From the NCBI GenBank assembly GCA_947455725.1, contig CANGPL010000007.1, positions 6,847 to 70,846 of the forward strand: 64,000 nucleotides of DNA, in the 5' to 3' direction. The notes below the pieces were generated by a model that saw nothing but the letters and a program-made list of their open reading frames with translations, was not told the origin of the DNA and searched no databases. This document shows positions 35,574 through 45,757 of this stretch, one piece after another. The stretch's first letter is position 1; every line of letters starts with the position of its first letter. Origin of the DNA: Hyphomicrobiales bacterium. GTDB taxonomy: Bacteria; Pseudomonadota; Alphaproteobacteria; Rhizobiales; Beijerinckiaceae. The position numbers and the translations under genes are program-made.

Positions 35574-38192
35574 ATGGATTTTGAAAAATATACCGACCGC
35601 GCAAAAGGTTTCGTCCAATCCGGCCAGATGCTGGCCATGCGCGAAGGGCATCCACAATTTTTGCCTGAGCACATTTTAAAGGTGCTGCTCGACGATAATG
35701 AAGGCCTCGCCGCCGGATTAATCGGACGCGCGGGCGGCAATGCGAAACAGGCTTTGGTGCTTACCGAAGAACTCCTTTCCAAACAGGCGAAAGTCTCAGG
35801 CGCCGCCTCACAACCAAGCGCAAGCCGTGATCTCGTCAGGCTTTTTGATACCGCGCAAAAAATTGCGGTGAAAGCGGGTGATTCTTATGTCACCGTCGAG
35901 CGGATCTTGCTGGCGCTCGCTACTGAAAAAGACATGGAAGCCGGCAAAGTTCTCGCCAAATCCGGCGTGACACCGCAAAGCTTAAACACGGCGATCAATG
36001 ATTTGAGAAAAGGCCGTACGGCGGACAATGCCTCGGCTGAAAACGCCTATGAGGCGCTTAAAAAATATACCCGCGATCTGACCGAAGCCGCACGCACCGG
36101 TAAGCTCGATCCGGTGATTGGTCGCGATGAAGAAATTCGCCGCGCCATTCAAGTGCTTTCGCGTCGTACGAAAAACAACCCCGTTTTGATTGGCGAACCG
36201 GGCGTTGGTAAAACCGCGATTGCAGAAGGTTTGGCGCTGCGCATCATCAATGGCGATGTGCCGGAAAGCCTGACCGACAAGAAATTACTGTCGCTCGATA
36301 TGGGCTCGCTGATTGCAGGCGCGAAATATCGCGGTGAATTTGAAGAGCGTTTAAAATCGGTTCTCTCGGAAGTGACCTCGGCAGAGGGTGGCATCATTCT
36401 TTTCATCGACGAAATGCACACGCTGGTGGGTGCCGGTAAAGCCGATGGCGCGATGGATGCGTCAAATTTGCTGAAGCCTGCATTGGCGCGCGGTGAACTC
36501 CATTGCGTAGGCGCGACCACGCTCGATGAATACCGCAAACATGTCGAAAAAGACGCAGCATTGGCGCGGCGCTTCCAGCCGATTTTTGTCAATGAGCCAA
36601 GCGTTGAAGATACGGTTTCGATTTTGCGTGGCTTGAAGGAGAAATACGAGCTGCATCATGGCGTGCGCATTACCGATGCAGCAATTGTAGCAGCGGCGAC
36701 GCTCTCGAACCGCTACATCACGGATCGGTTCTTGCCCGATAAAGCGATTGATCTGGTCGATGAAGCATCGGCACGCTTGCGCATGCAGGTTGATTCAAAG
36801 CCCGAAGAACTCGACGAGCTTGATCGCCGCATCGTTCAGCTTCGCATTGAGCAAGAAGCGCTCAAAAAAGAAACCGATGCGGGATCAAAAGATCGTCTCG
36901 GTAAAATCGAGGTTGAGCTTGCGGGCTTGGAAGAAAAATCAGCTTCGCTCACACAGCGTTGGAAGAGTGAAAAAGACAAGCTTGGTGCCGCTCAAAAGAT
37001 AAAGGAGCAATTGGAGCAAGCCCGCACCGATCTCGCCAATGCGCAACGCAAAGGGGAATATCAAAAGGCCGGTGAACTGGCTTATGGTTTGATCCCTGAT
37101 TTGGAGAAAAGACTCGCTGCCAATGAAGGCGCGGAAAGCAAAGGCGCGATGGTGGCCGAAGCCGTTACCGCCAATGATGTCGCGCAAGTCGTCTCGCGCT
37201 GGACGGGCGTGCCGGTGGATAAAATGCTCGAAGGCGAGAAGGACAAGCTTTTGCGCATGGAACTTGAAATCGGCAAACGCGTGGTGGGCCAAGAAGAGGC
37301 TGTAATTGCGGTTTCAACCGCCATTCGCCGCGCGCGTGCAGGCCTGCAAGACCCGCATCGGCCGATCGGTTCCTTCATGTTTTTAGGGCCAACGGGGGTG
37401 GGTAAAACCGAGCTCACCAAGGCGCTCGCGTCCTATATGTTCGACGATGAAACCGCGATGGTCCGCATCGACATGTCCGAATATATGGAGAAACATTCGG
37501 TCGCACGCTTGATCGGTGCCCCTCCCGGCTATGTCGGCTATGAAGAAGGCGGCGCGCTAACGGAAGCGGTGCGGCGCAGGCCTTATCAAGTCATTCTTTT
37601 CGACGAGATCGAAAAGGCGCATCCGGATGTGTTCAACGTGCTTCTGCAAGTGTTGGATGATGGGCGTTTAACGGATGGCCAAGGCCGCGCGGTCGATTTC
37701 CGCAATACGCTCATCATCATGACCTCGAATTTAGGTGCCGAATATCTCGTCAACCAGACGGAGGGGCATGATTCCGATGAGGTGCGCGACGAAGTGATGG
37801 CCGTGGTGCGCTCGCATTTCCGGCCGGAATTCTTGAACCGCGTCGATGAAATCATCCTCTTCCATCGTTTGAAGCGCGATCAGATGGGCGCGATTGTCGA
37901 TATCCAGATGAAGCGGCTCGACCAATTGCTGGCGGACCGGAAAATCGTCATCGAGTTGAAGCCCGAAGCGCGCGAATGGCTCGCGGAAAAAGGCTATGAC
38001 CCGGCCTATGGCGCACGGCCTTTAAAGCGCGTGATCCAGAAAAACGTGCAGGACGCGTTGGCCGAACTCATACTGTCCGGCGCGGTGAAGGACGGCGATC
38101 ATGTGCCAGTTGAAGCGGGTCCGCTTGGACTTATTATTGGTGAGCATGCGGTTTCGCTGGAGCGTGCGCCTAAGGGTGCCAAGCTGAATTAA
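35574..38192 (+). CDS. clpB: ClpB disaggregase chaperone
   Basis: Two AAA+ modules ([18 protein letters not shown]) and a coiled-coil middle domain. ATG 35574 follows AAGGAGA. Confidence 0.97.
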   Translation: MDFEKYTDRAKGFVQSGQMLAMREGHPQFLPEHILKVLLDDNEGLAAGLIGRAGGNAKQALVLTEELLSKQAKVSGAASQPSASRDLVRLFDTAQKIAVKAGDSYVTVERILLALATEKDMEAGKVLAKSGVTPQSLNTAINDLRKGRTADNASAENAYEALKKYTRDLTEAARTGKLDPVIGRDEEIRRAIQVLSRRTKNNPVLIGEPGVGKTAIAEGLALRIINGDVPESLTDKKLLSLDMGSLIAGAKYRGEFEERLKSVLSEVTSAEGGIILFIDEMHTLVGAGKADGAMDASNLLKPALARGELHCVGATTLDEYRKHVEKDAALARRFQPIFVNEPSVEDTVSILRGLKEKYELHHGVRITDAAIVAAATLSNRYITDRFLPDKAIDLVDEASARLRMQVDSKPEELDELDRRIVQLRIEQEALKKETDAGSKDRLGKIEVELAGLEEKSASLTQRWKSEKDKLGAAQKIKEQLEQARTDLANAQRKGEYQKAGELAYGLIPDLEKRLAANEGAESKGAMVAEAVTANDVAQVVSRWTGVPVDKMLEGEKDKLLRMELEIGKRVVGQEEAVIAVSTAIRRARAGLQDPHRPIGSFMFLGPTGVGKTELTKALASYMFDDETAMVRIDMSEYMEKHSVARLIGAPPGYVGYEEGGALTEAVRRRPYQVILFDEIEKAHPDVFNVLLQVLDDGRLTDGQGRAVDFRNTLIIMTSNLGAEYLVNQTEGHDSDEVRDEVMAVVRSHFRPEFLNRVDEIILFHRLKRDQMGAIVDIQMKRLDQLLADRKIVIELKPEAREWLAEKGYDPAYGARPLKRVIQKNVQDALAELILSGAVKDGDHVPVEAGPLGLIIGEHAVSLERAPKGAKLN

Positions 38193-38323
38193 TTATCAAG
38201 CTGAGATGCGATAGGCGATATCTTACGTCTGCCGCATCGTCTATCCGTCCGGACATTCCAATTGGACGGGACCAGCATCCCTGTACAATCAGACAGCTCG
38301 CTTCAAATCGATCCAAATATTAA

Positions 38324-38367
38324 CATGAAATGGCTTGTAATTTGTAACTTATAGGTTACATTTCATG
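38324..38367. promoter_or_regulatory. Nested palindromes (CATGAAATG...CATTTCATG enclosing TGTAAC-N6-GTTACA) spanning the toxin start codon, a candidate TA operator
   Basis: Read directly. Confidence 0.35.
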
Positions 38368-38661
38368 ATCGTAATCAAGGAGACCGAGCTATTCGCGCAA
38401 TGGCTCAAGGCGTTACGAGATCCAACCGCTAAGGCCAAGATCGCGAGCAGAATTCGTAGACTTGCCTATGGCAATCCCGGTGACGTAGCTCCAATTGGCG
38501 GTGGACTCAGTGAAATGAGAATTCATTATGGTCCCGGCTATCGAGTTTATTTTATGCAAAACGGCATTGAGTCTGTGCTTCTCCTAGGCGGGGGCGATAA
38601 ATCAACACAAAACAAAGACATCCTCCGCGCGAGGGCTTTAGCAAAGGACTTCTTGCCATGA
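38365..38661 (+). CDS. RelE/ParE-superfamily addiction-module killer protein
   Basis: FAQWLKALRDPTAKAKIASRIRRL...GPGYRVYF pattern. Toxin-first order. Confidence 0.8.
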   Translation: MIVIKETELFAQWLKALRDPTAKAKIASRIRRLAYGNPGDVAPIGGGLSEMRIHYGPGYRVYFMQNGIESVLLLGGGDKSTQNKDILRARALAKDFLP

Positions 38662-38942
38662 CCCTAAAAACAAAAGCCTTTGATCCCGCCGTTTATCTCG
38701 ATAGCGATGAGGCAAGAACGGTCTATCTCAACGAGGCCTTTGAGACAGGTGATGTCGGCTTCATTGCTGATGCGTTAGGTGTCGTCGCGCGGGCACAAGG
38801 CATGACGAGGCTCGCACGCGACGCCGATTTATCCCGCGAGGCGCTTTATCGGGCCTTGTCGATCAATGGCAATCCGGAATTGTCGACGGTTCTCAAAGTA
38901 ACGACCGCATTGGGACTAAAATTGACAGTTGAAGCCGCTTAA
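38658..38942 (+). CDS. Addiction-module antidote protein (HTH family)
   Basis: FDPAVYLDSDEARTVYLNEAFETGD...GMTRLARDADLSREALYRALS pattern. Overlaps the toxin gene by 4 nt. Confidence 0.8.
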   Translation: MTLKTKAFDPAVYLDSDEARTVYLNEAFETGDVGFIADALGVVARAQGMTRLARDADLSREALYRALSINGNPELSTVLKVTTALGLKLTVEAA

Positions 38943-39181
38943 TCGTTGCGCGCCAACCTTCCTTTCCTTGACTCTTCCCCCTCTTTCCCCTACATCCCGC
39001 CCATTCAACGACGATTTCGTCCTTGAGCCACCGCCCAACCCGTGAGGTTGGAGGTCCACGTCCGACAGCGCGTTGCGCCCTCGGGCGCGTTTGGCTTTGG
39101 GGCGTTTTTCGTCACGCATGCGGGCGAAAAAGTGGTTGCCGGTTTTTCGCGAAAAGCATGCGCCAATAAGGAAGGTTCTCG

Positions 39182-40747
39182 ATGTTCGAAAGTCTGAGCG
39201 ACAAGCTCTCTGGCATTTTGAACGCGCTCACGCGTCGTGGCGCGCTGAGCGAGGAGGACGTGAACCTTGCGTTGCGCGAAGTTCGCCGGGCGCTGATCGA
39301 GGCCGATGTTGCGCTTGATGTCGTGCGCTCTTTCACCGACAAAGTGCGCGAACGCGCGGTGGGCCAAGAAGTTGTCCGCTCGGTCTCGCCGGGCCAGATG
39401 GTCATCAAGATCGTCAATGATGTTTTGGTCGACACGCTAGGCTCGGAAGCCTCGCCGATTGATCTTGAGGCCGTGCCGCCAGTGGCCATCTTGATGGTCG
39501 GCTTGCAGGGCTCGGGTAAAACCACCTCGACCGGTAAAATTGCACGCCGCCTCACCGACCGGATGAAGCGCAAAGTGCTGATGGCGTCGCTCGATACGCG
39601 CCGTCCGGCCGCGATGGAGCAGTTGGCCAGCCTCGGCAAGCAACTTTCAATTGAAGTTCTACCGATTGTTACAGGCCAAAGCGCGGTGCAAATCGCCAAG
39701 CGCGCGATGGATGCGGCGCGTCTCGGCGGCTTCGATGTCGTCATGCTCGATACCGCCGGCCGCACCACGGTCGACGATGAGTTGATGGCCGAAGTGGCCG
39801 AGGTGAAAGCCTCGACCAAGCCGCATGAAGTGCTTTTAGTAGCCGACGCGCTAACGGGCCAAGATGCGGTGAACACCGCAAAGGCCTTTGACGAGCGCGT
39901 AGGGATTACCGGCATTGTGCTGACCCGCGTCGATGGTGATGGCCGTGGCGGCGCGGCGCTCTCCATGCGCGCCATCACCGGCAAGCCGATCAAGCTTGTT
40001 GGTACCGGCGAAAAAATGGATGCGCTGGAGGATTTCCATCCCGCGCGCATCGCCAACCGTATTTTGGGCATGGGCGATGTGGTTTCGCTCGTCGAAAAAG
40101 CGGTTGAAAATATCGACCAAGAAAAGGCGATGCGGACCGCCGAGCGGATGCGCAAGGGCCAGTTCGATCTCACCGATATGCGGGACCAGCTCGCGCAGAT
40201 CGAAAAGATCGGCGGCGTCGGCGGGCTGATGGGCATGATCCCCGGCATCGCCAAGATGAAGAACCAGATCGCCGCCTCCCATCTCGATAGCAAAGTGGTC
40301 AAGCAGCAAATCGCCATTGTGAATTCGATGACGGCGGCAGAGCGCAAAAACCCGGACATCCTCAAAGCCTCGCGCAAAAAGCGCATTGCGGCGGGTGCGG
40401 GTGTTTCCGTCGAGCTCGTCAATCGTTTGCTGAAACAGCATCGGCAAATGGCCGATATGATGAAGATGATGGGCCAGAACAAGCGCGGCGGGCCGATGGC
40501 CGGTCTTGCCAATATGTTTGGCCTTGGTGGTGGCGGAATGCCGTCGCCAGAAGAAATCGCCGCCATGCAAAAGCAAATGGGCGGCGGCGCGGCTTTGCCG
40601 GAATTTCCGGGAACCGCGAAACCGCCTGCCGGTCTTCCACCATTGCCGGGCGGAGCGCCGAAACTTCCCGGCTTACCTGGCCTCGGCGTCAAGCCAACGC
40701 TTCCGGGCCTTGGCAGCTTCAAGCCGTTTGGGGGGAAGAAGAAGTGA
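39182..40747 (+). CDS. ffh: Signal recognition particle protein
   Basis: N-terminus MFESLSDKLSGILNAL, G-domain GLQGSGKTT, Met-rich M-domain. Confidence 0.97.
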   Translation: MFESLSDKLSGILNALTRRGALSEEDVNLALREVRRALIEADVALDVVRSFTDKVRERAVGQEVVRSVSPGQMVIKIVNDVLVDTLGSEASPIDLEAVPPVAILMVGLQGSGKTTSTGKIARRLTDRMKRKVLMASLDTRRPAAMEQLASLGKQLSIEVLPIVTGQSAVQIAKRAMDAARLGGFDVVMLDTAGRTTVDDELMAEVAEVKASTKPHEVLLVADALTGQDAVNTAKAFDERVGITGIVLTRVDGDGRGGAALSMRAITGKPIKLVGTGEKMDALEDFHPARIANRILGMGDVVSLVEKAVENIDQEKAMRTAERMRKGQFDLTDMRDQLAQIEKIGGVGGLMGMIPGIAKMKNQIAASHLDSKVVKQQIAIVNSMTAAERKNPDILKASRKKRIAAGAGVSVELVNRLLKQHRQMADMMKMMGQNKRGGPMAGLANMFGLGGGGMPSPEEIAAMQKQMGGGAALPEFPGTAKPPAGLPPLPGGAPKLPGLPGLGVKPTLPGLGSFKPFGGKKK

Positions 40748-40760
40748 AGAAATTAGTCAG

Positions 40761-40808
40761 TCGGCAGTCGGTATTCGTTATTCGATCTAAAACGACCGCC
40801 GACTGCCG
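40761..40808. other. 11-bp stem hairpin (TCGGCAGTCGG...CCGACTGCCGA) between ffh and rpsP
   Basis: Read directly. No T-tract follows it. Confidence 0.3.
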
Positions 40809-40863
40809 ATTGCCGTTAAACCCTAACCAACCAACCTAAAACCAAACCAAGAAAGTCCTACCC

Positions 40864-41283
40864 ATGTCAGTTAAAATTCGTCTCGCCCGCGGTGGTGCAA
40901 AGAAGCGTCCGCATTATTCGATCGTTGTTGCCGATAGCCGCTTTGCGCGCGATGGCCGTTTCATCGAGAAGCTCGGCACGTTCGACCCGATGAAACCAAA
41001 GGATTCGGCTGAGCGCGTGAATTTCGATCACGACAAGGCGAAAGCCTGGCTCGCCAAGGGCGCGCAGCCGACCGACCGCGTCGAGCGTTTTCTGGAAGCT
41101 GCTGGCTTGTGGAAGCGCAAGGCCCGCGTCAACCCGGAAAAGGCGAAGCCAAAGAAGAAGGCTCAGGAGCGTCTCGACGCCGCCGCAGCCGAAGTTGAAA
41201 AGGCCGCAGCCGCCGCTCTCGCAGCCAAAGAAGCGGCAGCCGCTGCAGCCGCAGCGCCCGCAGCTGAACCAGCAGCCGAGTAA
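40864..41283 (+). CDS. rpsP: 30S ribosomal protein S16 with an Ala/Lys-rich C-terminal extension
   Basis: [26 protein letters not shown]. Confidence 0.95.
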   Translation: MSVKIRLARGGAKKRPHYSIVVADSRFARDGRFIEKLGTFDPMKPKDSAERVNFDHDKAKAWLAKGAQPTDRVERFLEAAGLWKRKARVNPEKAKPKKKAQERLDAAAAEVEKAAAAALAAKEAAAAAAAAPAAEPAAE

Positions 41284-41292
41284 GAATACCCC

Positions 41293-41907
41293 ATGGCGCG
41301 CCAACCCGGACCGTACCCATCGGACCGCGAGCCTCCCGGCTCGCATCCTTTGCAAAATGCGGGCCGGGAGGCCCGCGGTCCGGTTCAAGGCCTCGTAGAA
41401 GTTGGCGTGTTGGGTGCGCCCCATGGCGTGAAGGGCGAGATGCGTCTCAAATCCTTCACCGCCGATCCTTTATCGATTCAAGATTATGCGCCGCTGACGG
41501 ATAAAACCGGACAGCGGCGTTTTACCATCCGCACGGCTAGGCTCGTCAAAGACGATATGCTGGTTGTGGCGCTGGAAGGCATATCCGATCGCACGGCCGC
41601 CGAGGCGCTGACCAATCTCACGCTCTATATTCCACGTGATCAATTGCCTAAGCCGGATGAAGAAGAATTCTATCATGCCGATTTGATCGGGCTTAAGGCA
41701 CACGCGCCCGATGGCAGCATGATCGGCACCGTCACCGCCGTGCATGATTTTGGTGCGGGCGATATTTTGGATATTGCGCCTTCGACAGGAGCTTCTCTGC
41801 TCGTGCCGTTTACCAAAGCCAATGTTCCCGTAATTGATCTTTCTGCGCAAAAAATGACGGTTGTTCTACCCGAGGAAATCGAGGGTGAGGAGCGCCCCGG
41901 CGCATGA
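41293..41907 (+). CDS. rimM: 16S rRNA processing protein RimM (track ORF extent; the true start is probably downstream, e.g. GTG 41407)
   Basis: The conserved core begins at [16 protein letters not shown]. The upstream ~35 codons are a translation of the REP element. Confidence 0.85.
   Translation: MARQPGPYPSDREPPGSHPLQNAGREARGPVQGLVEVGVLGAPHGVKGEMRLKSFTADPLSIQDYAPLTDKTGQRRFTIRTARLVKDDMLVVALEGISDRTAAEALTNLTLYIPRDQLPKPDEEEFYHADLIGLKAHAPDGSMIGTVTAVHDFGAGDILDIAPSTGASLLVPFTKANVPVIDLSAQKMTVVLPEEIEGEERPGA
41321..41382. repeat. Family-A palindromic REP-like element (CGGACCGCGAGCCTCCCGGCTCGCAT...ATGCGGGCCGGGAGGCCCGCGGTCCG)
   Basis: Near-perfect ~26-bp arms, same family as the repeats flanking the RAYT gene (58659, 59314). 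Confidence 0.65.
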
Positions 41908-42590
41908 GCGGCTTTCGCGCTGATGTACTGACTTTGTTTCCCGAGATGTTTCCCGGTTCGCTTGGGCTATCCCTTGCGGGCGAGGCTCTCAAATCCGGCC
42001 GTTGGTCGCTTCAAGCCCATGATATTCGCGAGCATGGTTTGGGCAAACACCGCGCGGTGGATGATACGCCTGCAGGTGGTGGCGCAGGCATGGTGTTGCG
42101 CGCCGATGTGTTGGCGAATGCGATTGATGCCGTGGTCAAACCGGATGATCAACGCCCGCGTCTGTTGATGAGCCCACGCGGCAAACCGTTGACGCAAGAG
42201 ATGGTGCGCGAATGGGCTTCTGGCCCGGGTGTCGTTATTGTTTGCGGAAGATTTGAAGGCGTCGATGAACGCGTGATTGAAGGCCGTCACTTACAAGAAA
42301 TTTCCATCGGCGATTATATTTTATCAGGTGGGGAACCTGCTGCCCTCGTTGTACTTGATGCCTGTGTTCGCTTGCTTCCCGGTGTGATGGGTAAGGTGGA
42401 ATCGGGTGAAGACGAGAGCTTTGAAAACGGGCTTTTGGAATACCCGCATTATACCAAGCCACGCGAATGGGAAGGCCGTGACATTCCGGAAATTTTATTG
42501 TCCGGTGATCATAAGAAGATCGCCAAGTGGCGGCGCGCGGAGAGTGAGCGGATTACGCGAGAGAGACGGCCGGAACTTCTCAAAAAATAA
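41904..42590 (+). CDS. trmD: tRNA (guanine37-N1)-methyltransferase
   Basis: Typical TrmD sequence ([33 protein letters not shown]). Confidence 0.95.
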   Translation: MSGFRADVLTLFPEMFPGSLGLSLAGEALKSGRWSLQAHDIREHGLGKHRAVDDTPAGGGAGMVLRADVLANAIDAVVKPDDQRPRLLMSPRGKPLTQEMVREWASGPGVVIVCGRFEGVDERVIEGRHLQEISIGDYILSGGEPAALVVLDACVRLLPGVMGKVESGEDESFENGLLEYPHYTKPREWEGRDIPEILLSGDHKKIAKWRRAESERITRERRPELLKK

Positions 42591-42591
42591 A

Positions 42592-42685
42592 CCGTCATTG
42601 CGAGGAGGTCCGGAGGACCGACGCGGCAACCCAGTCCTTTCGTTTGGCATCAACTGGGTTGCTTCGCGTTCGCTCGCAATGACGG
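42592..42685. repeat. Family-B palindromic element (CCGTCATTGCGAG...CTCGCAATGACGG) between the convergent trmD and prpE genes
   Basis: Perfect 13-bp terminal inverted repeats and internal GCAACCCAGT/ACTGGGTTGC arms. Related to 21106-21224. Confidence 0.65.
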
Positions 42686-42691
42686 CTAAAA

Positions 42692-44602
42692 TTACTTCGC
42701 CAGCCCCTTGCCCTGCAACGCAACCTTGATCTCATCGAGCACTGCCGGATCATCAATCGTCGCTGGCATATTAAAGCTGTCGCTATCGGCAATTTTCTTC
42801 ATGGTGCCGCGCAAAATTTTGCCCGAACGCGTCTTGGGCAAGCGCTTCACCACCATCGCCAATTTGAAAGCGGCGACGGGGCCGATTTGATCGCGTACGC
42901 GGGCGACGAGTTCCTTTTCGATTTGCTCGGGCGGGGTGGTAATGCCGGATTTCAGCACGACAAAGCCGCAGGGCTGCTCGCCTTTGAGCGCGTCTTTCGC
43001 GCCGATGACGGCGCATTCGGCGACCGCCGGATGGCCCGATAAAACCTCTTCCATCGCACCCGTTGAAAGCCTGTGGCCCGCGACATTGATGATGTCATCG
43101 GTGCGGCCCATAATGTAGAGATAGCCGTCCTCGTCGATGTAACCAGCATCCGAGGTGGAGTAATAACCCGGATAGGCCGTGAGATAGCTTTCGCGGAAAC
43201 GGTCTTCCGCGTTCCACAAAGTCGGTAAACAGCTTGGCGGCATCGGCAGTTTGACAACGATGGAACCCATTTTGCCCGCTGGCACCGGGTGGCCGCCTTC
43301 GTCCAGAATTTGGACATCATAGCCGGGCATCGCGACCGTGGGTGAACCGTGCTTGACGGGCAACATCCCCATGCCGAACGGATTGCCAGCAATCGCCCAT
43401 CCGGTTTCGGTCTGCCACCAATGGTCGATAACGGGCGTGCCGAGCTTTTCTTCCGCCCATTTCACGGTGTCGGGATCGGCTCGCTCACCGGCCAAGAACA
43501 AAGCGCGGAAGCCTTCGAGATTGTATTTTTTAAGTTCAACGGCGTCTGGATCTTCCTTGCGGATCGCACGAAACGCGGTTGGCGCGGTAAAGAGCACCTT
43601 TGCGCCATGCTCGGAAATAACGCGCCAAAACGCGCCCGCATCGGGCGTGCCAACGGGCTTGCCTTCATAGACGATGGTTGTGGCACCCACGATCAACGGC
43701 GCATAAACGATGTAAGAATGGCCCACCACCCAACCAATGTCGGAGGCGGACCAGAACACATCGCCGGGCCCGATGCCGTAAATGCCCTTCATGGTCCAGG
43801 ACATCGCCACCAAATGCCCGCCATTATCGCGTACAACGCCTTTGGGTTTTCCCGTCGTGCCGGATGTGTAGAGAATATAGAGCGGATCGGTGGAGGCGAC
43901 GGCGACACACGCGGCCTGATGGCCTTTGGCCTTGGCGGAATTGACCAAAGTCAGCCAATCATAATCCCGCCCGGCCTTTAACATGGCCGTTTCTTGCGGC
44001 CGTTGAAAGACAATCACGGCTTCGGGTTTATGCTGCGCGATCTCAATCGCCTCATCGATGAGGGGCTTATAATGCACCACTCGACCCGGCTCGATGCCGC
44101 AAGATGCTGCGAGAATCAGCTTAGGCTCGCAATCATCAAGCCGCGTTGCAAGTTCGCGTGCAGCAAAGCCACCAAAGACAACCGAGTGAACGGCACCAAT
44201 CCGCGCACAAGCGAGCATGGCGAACAGGGCTTCGGGGATCATCGGCATATAGATGATCACGCGGTCGCCTTTTGTGACGCCAAAATCCTGCAACACGGCG
44301 GCGAGCGTTGCGACCTCATCGCGAAACTCGGCATAGGTGACTTTGCGCTTGGTGCCCGTGATCGGGCTATCATGGATAATCGCTGTGCGATCCGGATGCG
44401 CCATCGCGTGGCGATCAACGGCGTTGTAGCAGGTATTCACGACCCCATCCGGAAACCAGCGGCCATAGACACCGATGGATGGGTCAAAAGTCGTTTGCGG
44501 CGGGACAATCCAATCAATCGATTGCGCTTCTTCCGCCCAAAACCCTGACGGATCGGTGATGGAGCGGTTATAGACTTCGCTGTAGCGCGCGGCATTGCTC
44601 AT
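42692..44602 (-). CDS. prpE: Propionate--CoA ligase (acyl-CoA synthetase, Acs/PrpE family)
   Basis: N-terminus MSNAARYSEVYNRSITDPSGFWAEEA, AMP-binding motif YTSGTTGKPKG. The PrpE-versus-Acs assignment rests on N-terminal resemblance only. Confidence 0.75.
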   Translation of the reverse strand: MSNAARYSEVYNRSITDPSGFWAEEAQSIDWIVPPQTTFDPSIGVYGRWFPDGVVNTCYNAVDRHAMAHPDRTAIIHDSPITGTKRKVTYAEFRDEVATLAAVLQDFGVTKGDRVIIYMPMIPEALFAMLACARIGAVHSVVFGGFAARELATRLDDCEPKLILAASCGIEPGRVVHYKPLIDEAIEIAQHKPEAVIVFQRPQETAMLKAGRDYDWLTLVNSAKAKGHQAACVAVASTDPLYILYTSGTTGKPKGVVRDNGGHLVAMSWTMKGIYGIGPGDVFWSASDIGWVVGHSYIVYAPLIVGATTIVYEGKPVGTPDAGAFWRVISEHGAKVLFTAPTAFRAIRKEDPDAVELKKYNLEGFRALFLAGERADPDTVKWAEEKLGTPVIDHWWQTETGWAIAGNPFGMGMLPVKHGSPTVAMPGYDVQILDEGGHPVPAGKMGSIVVKLPMPPSCLPTLWNAEDRFRESYLTAYPGYYSTSDAGYIDEDGYLYIMGRTDDIINVAGHRLSTGAMEEVLSGHPAVAECAVIGAKDALKGEQPCGFVVLKSGITTPPEQIEKELVARVRDQIGPVAAFKLAMVVKRLPKTRSGKILRGTMKKIADSDSFNMPATIDDPAVLDEIKVALQGKGLAK

Positions 44603-44767
44603 GGCTTGCCCCTTTGATGGCGTTTCCCTCTTAAGGATTGCCTTTAGCATTGGATGGTGCCCGCGTCAGGCACGACTTTCGATGCAAGGCAGACCTACCT
44701 GGATCGGCGCTTGCCAAATGAGATGACTTGCCGCCAATTGGCGCAAACACCCGATGAATGAGTCCCC

Positions 44768-45529
44768 ATGCCCGCGATTATTACCGATCCCCTGTTTTAT
44801 CTGGCTGCCATTCCTGCGGTTTTTCTGATGGGTTTGGCGAAAGGCGGCTTTGCCGGTTTGGGGTTAATCGCTATTCCGCTTTTGGCCTTGGTGGTCTCGC
44901 CTGTAAAGGCCGCCGCTTTGATGCTGCCGATTTTGATTTTGCAGGACATGGTGAGCACGTGGGCCTATCGGCGCGATTTTGATTTTCGCAATTTGGCGAT
45001 CATGCTGCCGGGCTCTTTTTTCGGGGTCTTTCTGGGCTGGTTAATGGCAGCGCATGTGTCGGATGACATGGTCAAGCTTGGCGTTGGTGTCATTTCCATT
45101 GCCTTTGTCATTGTGTATTGGCGCAGGCGAAATGTGCCGGGAGACCCTGTGAAGGGCAAGACGAGTGCAGGCATCTTTTGGGGGATCGTTGCAGGGTTTA
45201 CGAGTTTTGTGGCGCATGCCGGTGGGCCGCCCTTTCAGGTCCATGTCATGCCGCAACGCCTGCCGCCACAAACCTATGTCGGTACCTCGACCTGGTTTTT
45301 TACCATCACCAATTTGACGAAAGTGCTGCCCTATTTCTTGCTCGGCCAGTTCTCATCTGAAAATCTCGGGACGTCTTTCGCGCTGTTTCCATTGGCATTG
45401 GTTGCCACCTTAACGGGCGTTTGGATGGTGCGGCGGATTCCGGCGTCACGGTTCTACACGCTGATTTATGCGCTGACCTTTTTGGTGGGGGCCAAATTGC
45501 TCTGGGATAGTGCTCCGAAGCTTTTCTAA
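44768..45529 (+). CDS. TauE/SafE (DUF81) family anion exporter
   Basis: About 7-8 TM protein with the GLAKGGFAG and HAGGPPF motifs. Confidence 0.8.
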   Translation: MPAIITDPLFYLAAIPAVFLMGLAKGGFAGLGLIAIPLLALVVSPVKAAALMLPILILQDMVSTWAYRRDFDFRNLAIMLPGSFFGVFLGWLMAAHVSDDMVKLGVGVISIAFVIVYWRRRNVPGDPVKGKTSAGIFWGIVAGFTSFVAHAGGPPFQVHVMPQRLPPQTYVGTSTWFFTITNLTKVLPYFLLGQFSSENLGTSFALFPLALVATLTGVWMVRRIPASRFYTLIYALTFLVGAKLLWDSAPKLF

Positions 45530-45584
45530 CCGAAGCGCGAGGATTGCTCTGGTATATTGACGCGCAAAGGCTTACCTTAGTCGA

Positions 45585-45748
45585 GCGGGGCTGCGGAGTA
45601 CGTGAGAACAACAGTATTCCCGGGGCCTTATCGACCCTTAGGGAGCTGTCCCTGCCTTGGTCCGTGGACCAGGGCACACGGCGCCCACCTACTTATGTAG
45701 GCACCTGGGATCGATCGTTCCACGGCTATTGTGGCTCCGCACTTTATT
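45585..45748 (+). ncRNA. ssrS: Probable 6S RNA (approximate ends)
   Basis: About 165 nt non-coding stretch immediately upstream of, and co-oriented with, the 5-formyl-THF cyclo-ligase gene (the conserved ssrS-ygfA linkage). Hand folding gives a rod:
- Closing stem GCGGAG/CTCCGC.
- Helix ACAGTA/TATTGT.
- Large central bubble.
- Helix ATCGACCC/GGGATCGAT.
- Apical 10-bp hairpin TGCCTTGGTC/GACCAGGGCA.
A TTGACG -35-like box lies at 45557. Confidence 0.55.
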
Positions 45749-45757
45749 GATGGACGC

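Noticed and set aside
39112-40722. A 536-codon ORF on the minus strand, fully antisense to ffh
   Set aside because: Its translation is low-complexity (Pro/Ala/Ser/Arg-rich) with no motifs. The plus-strand ORF is an unmistakable Ffh. Long antisense ORFs are expected in GC-rich coding DNA.
43349-44548. ORFs of 184-210 aa antisense to prpE, and 55707-56480 antisense to ruvB
   Set aside because: Shadow ORFs opposite clearly identified genes.
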